Of a stretch of DNA of 64,000 bases, positions 25,246 to 37,198 are shown piece by piece. The stretch's first letter is position 1. Every line of letters starts with the position of its first letter. The translations under genes and the position numbers were made by a program. The stretch covers positions 558,001-622,000 of the forward strand of contig BROI01000001.1 of assembly GCA_027923505.1 (NCBI GenBank), in the 5' to 3' direction. The notes beneath the pieces were generated by a model, which was not told where the DNA came from, did no database searches, and saw nothing but the letters and a program-made list of their open reading frames with translations. Origin of the DNA: Mayamaea pseudoterrestris (lineage: Eukaryota).

Positions 25246-27512
25246 GAGAGCAAGCTGATGGTTTATCACGCAAGCGCAAGCGCGGCAAGGGCATCAACGA
25301 CTTGATTAGCGAACATTAGCAGGTTGGTTCAAGATTGGCGTGACGGGTGGTGGCACCTGAGTAACACGCCGATGGTATCGATGCGGTGCCCATCTAAATT
25401 AATACTAGGATAGTTGACAGTTTGAATGCGACACTATTTCATGTATATAGTAGCTACACGACTGGCAGTGAGTCTGTATCAAGCACGCCCGCATACGAGA
25501 TGTTGCATCTGTAGGCGGACGCATTCCGCGATTGCACTCGCGTTGGGCGCTGCCTATTTAACTTGATACGTATTATCAGATGCGAAGGACCGAAACATGT
25601 GCAATACAAATATACTCGCATTATTGTGAAGCTTAGAGCGCCATCACGCGTCAATATCTTTGTACGTTCCACATATCGTTCGAGAACTCCAACCGTCACA
25701 ATGGATGGAAACAATTCCTTAGCGATGCCGCAGCACAGCAGCACACTTATTGCGACAGCCAAGCATCCTAATCGCCAAGAACCAGTCCCATATACCACTA
25801 TGTAATTTCGAACATACCGTATTGACCAATGCTGTCACAGAAAATTCGTTCAAAGAGTAGCAACCAGCACCTGCTGACAAGTGACTTTCTCTCAAGAGAC
25901 ACAGCCTGACGCCGACGTCCAATCAAAGGAGAGGATCAGTAGTACAATTTTTGGCAGGCTGGATGTTGGTGAGCAGCCACGACCCCGGCGACAGCATTCG
26001 CATGAGCCATCAAAAACTATCCGAATGACATGCGAACGATACGTTCATGGCAGGTGCGCGTTACAAGTAGCTGTACAAGAAGTGCGCGTCGAGCTGCGCC
26101 GTTGGCGACGTCATGCAACTGTTCCCTTATTGGACGACGGTGCGCAGTCATCGGCGAGCAAACGAGTCAAAGAGCTGCAGCAGGGTATCCAGGTTTGTTA
26201 CCAACATGGTCGAGACAGCCCTTTTGCAAGCGCTTGGCTTGTCGGGTGCGACGCAAAATCTGCGACTCAAGAGGAAGCAGCCTTTTATGATGCAATGGGC
26301 ACAGAAACAAGATTGGTGTATTATTATTCTGGCAAGAACGGGTCACGCTGCACCGCAAAGAGAACGACCATTTTACAAATGGTCTTGTCGGTTCCCATTT
26401 CCGATGCATCTGTCACTTCAAAACGGACTTGTTCTTATTCGTGGCGCTTGGTGCAGGAGCGTTCATTGACTCGACGCCGTACTCGCTCGCTTGGAAGTAA
26501 ATTCTTTCTTCCCTTTATTGAGCTGCGCACTAAACTGTTGGATGTTAAACCGAAACGCAAACATCGTCAAGCATCATTCATTGCTTGTAGTCGAGTGCGA
26601 CGCGGCTTGGCTTGCTTCTCCAACATTCCTTGTACTACCGGTAGGCAAAATATAGCTGAGGCTGCTGCTGCAGTTGTCTCGAGTGAATTGAAATAGTTTG
26701 GAACAAGTTCGTTGGTGCCACCGACATGGCGACACGGCATTCCAAGTTTCGATTAGCTCAACGCGAAACACGTTGACTTCCATTCCTGTATCGCAAACTG
26801 TCTCATACAGCTGGTAATCTTTGATCTCGTGCTTCGCCCAATAGATATCGTAGGTCGTTACTCTATAGCATGCTGACAGGAAATAGTTTGGAAAGGGGCA
26901 ATAGGTCGACGAGTCAACGACGATGACGTCGCTCGGAAACTTCACAATATGGTCTTGACGCAATCAGCAATCGACTGATCACTTTTGAAATTGAAGGCAC
27001 AGGGATACTAAAGCAGGGCTTGCAGATAGTACATGTATTTGCTGATTGGACTTCGTTTCGGCCAGCCATGACGCAGATAATTTCCATCTCCATCCATCAA
27101 TTTCGACAGGAACGAAATGAACGAGTTGATTTCTTGGCTCAGAATGGACAATTGCAAAACAAGATACACAAGATGGTGATTGTGCCGATAGATGATTGCT
27201 ATTTGTAATCGTTATGCATTGTATGCCACAAGCGTTGATCTATAGGCGGCTCGTGGCTGCCATAGTGTTTGGATGTTTGGCAAAAAAACCATCCATTCTC
27301 GTGCAGTCTCGTGCAGGCGCGCCACGAGAAGTGGTGCGACATAGGTTTACCTCCTTGACTTTGATACTTAAGGGTAGATCCAATGCTCGATCACGCAGAT
27401 TCACGCACAAAAAGCATCCACGGACGATCATCGTCGCATCAAACAAGCATCCATCATACCATCAGAGCGCAGCGTATTGCATTCCATTGCTTATTAAAAG
27501 AATTGTCGCAGA

Positions 27513-30500
27513 ATGAGCAGCAACAACATGCTCAAGGCGGCGGCAAAAACGACCAAGGAGAAGGCGAGCAATGGTTCAGATTTGAATCCGCGTCGAGGTG
27601 AGTGCATGCGTGTGCTACTGCAAAGTAAAACTCATCGAGCGGCGTCTTTTCTCACACAATACCTTGTTATCTTTCAATCTGATCAATCTTGGACAATCAA
27701 GGAACTTTGCACACTAATCCGGGAGCTCATTTCGGCTCGGCTGGAGGGCTGGGTCTGCCAGCGGCGCAACCAGGTTCGTCTGCATGGCTCGCGCCAATGA
27801 TATATATATATATTTTGTTTACCTTTTCCTTTATTCATCCACAATCTCTCTTGTTACATTCTTTTTACTTCAGGAACGTTTCAGGACCGCTCCAACTCAA
27901 GTGAGAACCGCGTTGGAGCAAGCTTGCCGGATTTGCGACCAGGTCCGTCACCATGCTGCCACCTACAAGCACTTCTACTGCGTGGACTCACTTTTTCTCA
28001 TCTGTATACGCCCCAACATTTCGTTTTATTGCAGGAACGACGCGTGGCAGCTCTGGCACCTTCTCTAGCGCGATGGAATCGTGCTACAATGCTGCGTCGC
28101 AGCGCCAAGGTGCGTTGGCTTGTTCCGCTACAGGGCTCAAGCTGCTCCAATATCTTTACTTCTGACAATTGTGTTCATCTTTACTTGTTCTTAATGATAC
28201 AGGAGCATTGAGTGTCAGCTCAGATGACTCGTTGTCGACCGACGATTCGAAAACGCCAGTCCTACAACGAGGTGAGTCGCAGCAGTCGCGGTCAGCGAGG
28301 TGTGCCGGGTGACTCAAATTCGGTTTTGTAGCTTAACGGTAAAGCCTCTTTCATTTTCCATCCTTGTTATTGTCGCACCAGGCGGAATTTATCCGACACC
28401 AAAAAGCCAACAAGAAGGTACGTCGAGGTGTGCGCAGGGGCTCACACGATTCTTGTTTGGCATGCCAATGTCTCACGATACGGAACCTATTATTTCCATC
28501 ACTATTACAGCTATCATCAAGACTGAGAGTCCGAGCGACTATTCGGAATTCTCAACATCAACCTCGCACAAGTTTTCAAGCACTACGTCAGACGATGATT
28601 ACTCTCTCTCAGCAGCAGATTTTAAGGGTTCGCCGCCGCTGCCAACAACGCCTCACACTCCTTTACCACGCTCAGCTGCCGCTGACGCCAAGCACCGCAA
28701 CAAGATTGTCCATCACAATGACAGAATTGCTCATTCCAGTATGTGGGAGGACGCGACGGTCACCCCTGCGGAACGCAAACGATATGGCGACCGCCAAGAC
28801 CTGATAAATCTTCCTCATGTAAACAGCGAACGCAATTTGGCTGATTCAGCTGCGGAAGCCAAGAAGGATAGTCAAGTAATCGCTTCCCGATTCATGTGCC
28901 ACGATCATTCGTCGCCGGCCCGTGCTCCCCAAGGCAATCCATCACGCCCCATTTCGTCACCGGCCCGTGCTCCCCAAGGCGATCCATCAAGCCCCTTTAC
29001 CAGCGCATTGAGCGCATCGCGCGCATTGAGCGCATCGCGCGCATCGAGCGACTCATCCTTGGGCGGCGCTGTTTTTCATAGGAAGACTCTTCTCGATGTG
29101 CCAGGAAGCCCCTTTAGCAGCGCATCGAGCGACTCATCCTTGGGCAGCGCTCCTTTTCGTAGTTTGATGCTTCTCGATGCGCGAGGTAGCGCTGACCATG
29201 CATCATCTGCCCAAGGTACAAAATGTATGGGCTCAAAAGACGCCCAAGGCATGGCTCGTCAAGCATCGACCTCTTCCATTGGTAGCGCACCTTCAGGAGC
29301 CATGGCATTTTCTCAGTCGAACAATGACAACGATCTAGCTGGCAACATTACCCAAAAGCCGTCAAGCATTGGTGTTAAACCTGGAACTAACGCGGACAGT
29401 GTTGAGAGCGACCCTGGTGATGTACCTCTCCATGTTACTACCCGTCGCGACTCTTTGGTTAGCACCACTTCAGAGCTGACAGAAGTGAAAGATGGTGCTT
29501 CATTTTCTACTGTTCAGGCGACTACATCAACTCGCTTGACAAGTGAAATTTCGCCAACCATTCATGAGTCCGAGGCAGAAGTTGACGAGCAACGAATTGA
29601 CAGTGAATGCCCGCAAGTAGATGAGCCACTTATCAATGGAGCTGGCAATGATTGGCTGACACGTTCAGCCACATACGCTCGACACGTCGACGATGGTGAA
29701 GTGATTGAACAAGACTTGTCATTCAACAGTTACACCCCATCTGTCTATCCAGACGCACCAGCACAACCGCGGCCAACATATGACAACATGGAAGCACCTT
29801 CCCCTGCTGCGCATCTCCAAGAACGATGCAAATCTTTCGGTGACAACGACGGATCTGGGTTAGGCTTGCCATCATCATGTGCAGATGGTAGCAGTGAGTT
29901 CGTGGACCTGCCGACGAACCAAGGTGAACCCACCAGCAGTGAGATTGCGCAAGGCTCGTCATTTTCCACTGCTGCTGACTCAAGTTTTGGAAGTCAATCA
30001 AGCAATGGCAAGATGTCCAACGCAGGCAAGCACCAAAAGTTGCGTCGCTGCATCAAGGAGAAGAAACAGCAGCGATTGCCAAAAGGCCTGCGTTCTGGCT
30101 CTCAATCAACGCGGTCAAAGTCCCCTACAACTCATAATGCAACACCTACTAATCTCTCAGGCATGTCGAGCTCACCGGAAGTGTTCGATTCATGCGACAT
30201 TATTGGAAATAGCAACCTACTCATCTCGGAGTTGCGTGTACCAACTCGTCCCACTGACGTCAAGTTTGGGCATCAGCATGGAGTCAACATTGATTTTCCA
30301 GTAGCAACTCATGGAAGCATCGCCACTCTGGAAAACAAAAGTCACTCAGAGAGTCAACACTCCAATGATGATTCACACTTAAACGAGGGCAGTACTGTGG
30401 AAGCGAGCAAAGATTTCTCATCCCTTGCTACACAACCTGTTCTGACGTTGCATGACTCAAGCCATGGCGCTACGTTCCAAGCTTCAATTTTGCCTCAAAA

Positions 30501-33287
30501 CAAGTGTGACAGCAAATGTGACTGCATTGTGCCAACAAGCGCAGAAGGAGGCACATTGAATGGTACGTTTATTATTTTGTGCGGAGTACTTTTCCGTCTC
30601 TCCCGACTTACTTCTTACTTGCTTTTACTATAGTCGTTCAAGAGTCAATGATTTCCTCTTCCGACGAGAGCAATGATGCCCCACCATCGCCACCTCCAAT
30701 GGCTAGCAACGAAGAATACAACGACGGTGATGTAGGCCATTCTTGCATTCCTAATTCCGACGGCGTCTCGAATGGTTTTACAGGACGCAATATTGACGGC
30801 GACAGCCACGTGACTGCTGCAAGTGGCGTTCATGATCATCAGGACTTTGACGACATCAGTACCGATAGTGATGGAGAAAGCTATGGCTGGCTCGCGGAGC
30901 CAACACCGCTGTCTGACAGCCCACCGACATCAAATGCAGCAAATGCCTCTGACTCGTCCTTAACCCTACCGATCCATGATGATGGCCGCAGCTCGCCTCT
31001 ATGTACACCTCCCGTCACCTCGGTGTACACCCCCATGGCTGTCCCTAGTGATACCGTAGTGTCTCCGTTGGCGTCTCCTCACATGCCTCAACAGTCGCAT
31101 GGTCACCAGGAAGGAGATTTAATTGCAAGCTATCCGCCGGGAAGTCCACTGCCATCTCAAGCAGGACTTCAACAAACGTTGCAACACAGCTTGCCAACAA
31201 GCCCAACAGACGTGAGTACCGATGGTGCAGTGGAAGAAGCACGAGATCCGTTTCATTCCATTTTGGTTGAATCTATGGACTTGCCGGACCACACTCATGG
31301 ACTTGAGACAGCGGTCATCTATCAAGCGGCATCATCTTTTGTGCCCGCTACTATCAGTGAAGGCGACATGGGTGAAACTCATGACAGCTGCAATGATGTC
31401 ACTGCCGATGATGTTGTCGATGGCCTTTCCGAGCTTGGCAGCGAAGACGAGGACGAAGGAAAAGTCCATGTCGACGGAAACACCATTCCAATGCAATACG
31501 GGTCAATTTTGGATGAGCAGTCAAATTTTGACGAAACAGATCGCCATGAGCTTGCTTCTGCTGTGCATCTGGAGTTTTTTGAACCAATGGTTCAATTCAA
31601 CAGCATTTTGGGTGGTCCTGTCAGCGAAACAAATGGGACGAGTAATGGGGCGTCCGCGAGTGGGCCACCATTGGTTGTTGCAGAGAGTCCAACTGCCAAA
31701 ACTTCTAGCTGGCAAGCCTGTCGCAAGAGCTGTTCAAGTTCCCATCCAGCCACAATGCACATTGTTGATGGCGTCACAGTGCAGCGATCGCGTTCATCGC
31801 GTTCTCTGTCAAGCAGCTGTGCTCCTTCGTTTGAATCAGACGATATCGTTGACACAGCAGCTGCTTCCAGCAACCTGTATTCCAACGAGCGCCAATTGTT
31901 GCCAGGTTCAGCACTAATAGTCTGCAAGAATGACATGAAACTATTCATCGGCACAAATGATGACATGGAAAACAGCATTGCAGCTATCGCTTCGCAGTCT
32001 CCCAAGGCAGATGCAATTGTTTGTCGCGCGAGTCGAAGCCTCTCGCCACAAAGCAAAAACATCCAGTCCCCTTTGCAGCACCGCCGCGTCCAATCATATC
32101 CTATCGCGCTCCAATTGCCTGTCGCACTGAATCTCGAAACTGAGTCTCTGCACACAGAGCCAGAATTGAGCTGTGGGAACAAGCCAGATGTCACAGGATC
32201 GGTCGATACTGAGCACAATCTAATTGGCGACGACGTGGACGATATGGCTGCTGGCAAAGCTAGTATCGAGCATGACTCGGATGCTATTAGTAAAGCAACT
32301 TGTAAGAACTTTGTCGCCGATGGTACAGATCCTGCTGTCCTGGCTGTCATTTCAGACGTTGACGCGTTTACTTCAAAAGTACTACCAGTGGAAGGAGCCT
32401 TTGCTGCAACACATCTTTCCGCAACGGATGAAACTGGTGTTATTGACGGTTCGGATGTCAGTGGTGCAAACTTTGGAGCCGGCCTTCCCACAGTTGCCAA
32501 GGAGAGCGCTCAAGTGAAATCGGTTGCCAATTCGTCCTATGAAGATGGCAATGAACTTGGTGACGACACTGTGGATCTGTCACCGGATCGGCCGGATCGG
32601 CCAACACTTTCACAGACAGGAATGAAGACTTCTCCTGGTCAGAGCACAACCGGTGGAGGTGGTGTTTCCCGAGTCAAGGTAGATGAAGACGTCCCCAATA
32701 TTGATGCTGACACGTCCAATGACGACGACGCTCAAGTCCTCAGCATTGTTAGCATTGTGTCGAACATTGATGGATGCGATGGAAACCTTCAATTCGAGTC
32801 TCGCACTGACACTTCCGACTATATCGGAGACGACGAAAAGGGAGGAGACGAGGGTGTTCAGCCTGACGGTGATGTTCTCATTGAAGTTGACGCTTCCGAA
32901 AGCCACACCAACGGCAATGCCAACTCTGTGCGTGCTACAAGCCAGGCACACGATGAATGCTGTGATGGATTCAAGCCTATAGCTGATCCAATGGAATCGC
33001 TCAAGGTGGAGATGGATAGTGGCACAACTGTTGCTACCAACGTTGATCTTTTAACGATTAATGTTGATGCTGTTACGTCTCACCAGGCAGCTAATGCCGA
33101 GAACCTTTCCGAAGAAGGTAGTAATGCATATGCTGAATTGAACCATGGCACTGGCAGCGGACTTGTGGCAAATGTCAATGGAACTCCTGATTCGCCTCCG
33201 GCGGAAAGCCTCACTGGGTTCTTTGGACAAGTGGCAGGAGAAGTGAGTGAGAAACTCACTGGAACCTTTGGCGGTTGGTTCATGTAA
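27513..33287 (+). CDS. Large Ser/Asp-rich low-complexity hypothetical protein, multi-exon (exon boundaries approximate)
   Basis: Two long ORFs (777 and 902 aa) are separated by an intron-like segment (gtacgt ~30563 to tttactatag ~30633). Several short upstream exons have GTGAG/GTTCG donors. No catalytic motif recognised. Confidence 0.65.
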
Positions 33288-35707
33288 ACAGCTCTTGTAC
33301 TGCTGATCCATTATTCTCCGACAGGCGTAGCATTACTCAGAGAAAGAATACTCTTACCAATTATCCTAAGGATTGATATAAGTTTTTTTCTATAAGAATC
33401 TCATTAGATTGAAAATTATGTAATGTCATTGCGACCTTGCTCTCCGCTTATTGTGGACTGTAGGTTGGAAGTCGAGCTTTCTCAAGACTTTCGTCGACAC
33501 GACATCTCAAGATGGAGCGAAAACGCAAGTACAACGTTATGGTGGATCAGCTGGCCAAGGTATAACGTTGAATGATTGCTGGAGCCTCTGAGGAAAATGG
33601 AACCCTTTCAGTTCATGCACTTGTGCCTACTTGTGTTGGGGCAAATCATTTGTCTGCCACCGGACGAACCATGAGCCACGCCACTTGATTGACTCGGTTT
33701 GTGCTGCTCGCATTGATGGACCCGTCATTCACACTAGAAATCTCCTTTGCCATGTCCAAAAAGGCGCTGGCCCAATGGCAATCAAGTATTGTAAGCGAGA
33801 CAGTGTGTTGCAAATCTTGCATCACATGCCTTGCCTTTGTCGCGCGCAGAAAGTCACACCAGAATCCTTTGTCGTGGTGGCCGAGAGGTGACGCCAAGTC
33901 CATCCTGTTTGCATGCCAACATGGTAGATTTGTTTGTAGTGTAATGTCACTTGTATCGAGCGTCGCGGATATAATAACAAGACTGCGTGACCAAGCCGCT
34001 CAGTTTGTGTGAAGGATGGGATGATCCTGCAGGAACATGAGTCGTCGGATGTGTCGTGAATGTGGCAGCAGCAGTTCCTTCACAGCAGACAGCAGCCGGC
34101 TGTCCGTGTGGTCGATGGCGAGGATGGTGAACGTGAATTTAAGTAGAAGTCGACAGTTGACAACATCATCGATTGGCGGATGGCAGCAGCAGTTGCTCGA
34201 ATTGGAGAATCGTCACTGCTCCAGCCGAGGCGCGAGTAGACTCCTTGAGACCAGTGATGTAAGAAAGCTGGAAAGGATTTCTAGCAAGCAGACCCAACCA
34301 CCAGAATGATTCGAGACAAGTAGTCTGAACCATCACCATCACAATACAAGAAGTGAGTCGCTGGATCGGCATAAAATTTGATGGGTCGAGTCGTGAGTCG
34401 TGATGGCGGCTCATCGAGACACCATCCGCATCACTCCGGCACTGAATCCTCAACCACATCGATTCATGTCAGACGGACCATCCTTACGACGAGCTGGTCA
34501 TGTTGTATATAGGTGGTAACACAGCAATATAAACTACAAAGGCTTTTACAAAACAATCAAAACTGATTATCTATCTGTTACAATGTTTGCTAACGCCAAT
34601 TGGCGCATGCCAGCCTGGCCACATTCGTTACACCAATTGCTGACAACACAATCGTAGGCCATGGCAATGAACGTACCGGTAGACATAATGACCACGTTCC
34701 TTCGAAAAGCCAGTCTTGATATCTGCAGAGAGCAGTGGAAATGGGCTGCTGAGGCCATTTGTGATGTAAATTTGCCGCGATCAGCCAAAGCACAGTATCA
34801 TAACATCATGTCGTTCATTGGCCATCACTCGGATGGGTTTTGTGATAGACTCTTAGTGAGAAAGCCCCGGCACCGCGTCAAGGTGGTCTATCTTCGCCAG
34901 GGGAGAAACGTGGGTTCGGCAAGAAGTGTCGAAGGGGACGCGTGATTGATAATTGCAAGCGCTAGTCTCACAGCCTTGAGTTGGAGGCGACAGGTCCGGG
35001 AGCCACTTTCGTAGCTATTACGTAACTGCGCGCAAAACCGTCCGGACGCCTCCCAGCTGTGTGACACCTGCCAACATTTACTTGTCACTTGTCACACCCA
35101 GTTCCGCTCGATCCGTGATCAGAGCCGCCAAATTTATAAGTGCTTGCTCGAATAGGTGAATCGTCCAGCCGAGGCCAAAGTAGACTCCGTTCAGACTAAT
35201 GATCTAAGAAAGCCGGAAAGGATTAATCCTAGCAAGCAGACCCAACCACCAGAATCATTCGAACAAGTGTGCACCAGCAATCGACGCATGGATTGCGACG
35301 TTGCGACTGGACTATCCCCAATGGACTTTCCCCGATGGACTATACCCAATGGACCCTCCCCTACTCCAAGCCCGAAGAACTCAGAGGTTGCCAGAACCGA
35401 CCGGCTAAGACAAAGGGGTGTGACAGTTGCTTGATGCATAGAGCGCTGACTGTGGATGCCTCCACAAATCAGCACCCTATACCTCCCAAAAAGATCCGAG
35501 TGCACTCAGATTATATTAGAGCTTGGGAGTCTTTCGACGCTGATTTCCGGCAATGTACTTGACTAAGCAACTGTGAGACGATCGATCGCTCGTGATCCGC
35601 ATCGGCAGCAAATTCAACTTACTGTTAGTAACGCGGTATGCGAGAACCGCTGTGACATAGATTAAAAAGAAATCGGCGACGCATCCGCTTCGTCCGGCTT
35701 CATACAT

Positions 35708-36037
35708 CTTGCTTCACTGGATTGGCCATAACTTGCTCATTATACATGCCGCAACAATCAATCTTTTTTCATTGGAATCGTAATTGAATGGACTACAAGC
35801 TGGTTTCAACGCGATCGACCTGGCGACGGTATTTAGGGCTAAAAATGGCATGGCGCGACGGACCTTGCATAGGGATGTTACTTGCTTCACTGGATTGGCC
35901 ATAACTTACTCATTATACATGCCGCAACAATCAATCTTTTTTCAATGGAATCGTAATTGAACGGACTACAAGCTAGTTTCAACGCGATCGACCCAGCGAC
36001 GGTATTTAGGGCTCGAAATGGCATGGCGCGACGGACC
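35708..36037. repeat. Tandem duplication, 173-bp period, 2 copies
   Basis: CTTGCTTCACTGGATTGGCCATAACTT...AATGGCATGGCGCGACGGACC starts at 35708 and again at 35881. Confidence 0.92.
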
Positions 36038-37198
36038 AAGGTCGATGGACGAAAACGGACCATCATCACCATGACGAGCTGATGTTCATTCTTGCCGGCC
36101 ATGCTGTATATAAAGGCACCGCAGCAGTATAAACTACATAGGCTTATACGAAACAATCATCCAGCGCACATGCTACAACTTTGTCGATCGGAGCTTGTTT
36201 GCGTTTGTAGGACCGGCACGCAATTGAACGATTCATTGGCGCGCTTCCCTGCCAGCGTCAAATGGAACACATTGCCTCTACTTACGGTCCCACTACAATA
36301 TGCAGCTACCAACACATTGCTCATTATTTAATTCACGCAGCGTTGACGCAAGATGCGGAATTTGTACCATACGAAGGTCGGAAATGGAGGAGGCAGCAAC
36401 TAGAGCGACAAGTTGACGGGTGACGGGCGATGGACTCTTTTGCAGCGAATTACTCACGATCCCATGCCGTTGAGGCCTCTATCATTCATAACTCTCATCT
36501 CATCATGGCATGACTATGTGTGATATGATTCAATACTAGTCGCTTTAACGATTCAAGCCTGTCCTCGATGAACTGCTCTTCGATATTGATGCACCAGATG
36601 CTCCTTTGGCTATCGAATTGCGCGTCAATGATTTTGTCATGATCACTTCTGTCTAAACCTGCCTTTGCGCCAGTTTTGAACAAGTCTCTGGCTTTACAAG
36701 CATCACATTTGCCGCGCTTTTCATGGCAATCGACCACTGCAGACTGCAAGGTCAAATAGTACAGTACTACTCATTAACCACGAAAGTCGCCAGCACTAAC
36801 TTTGTACATGTGATACTTTTACACAGTTGTAGAGTGCATTTAACTATTGTGGCGCTGTAAACGCTTTAAAGTAGTCGTCTATCAGGCATGAGTGATTGAA
36901 TCGTTGAATCATCGAGTGACTTAAACTGGCAATGCTCTCCTAGCTAGATTCGCTCTCCTTATGCCTGATCGTTTTCATGACATGTTTTCATTCACGCAAC
37001 TGTCAAAGATTCGAAATAACGGCCAAACGTGACTGCGCGCCCCCATTGCCGCACTTTGCTTCCGCGGTCCAGCAAGCAGCGAGCGATCCTTCGATTGTTT
37101 CCTACCCTCTCGAGCTGCCGCCGCCGCCGCCGCTAATATACCAGATTGACGCTCTTTGCATCACTGTGTAGACGCGTATTATCAAAGTTTGTAACATA

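Noticed and set aside
25881..26963. 271-aa plus-strand and 129-aa minus-strand ORFs
   Set aside because: Non-ATG starts, overlapping opposite strands and no motif. Could not decide which, if either, is real.
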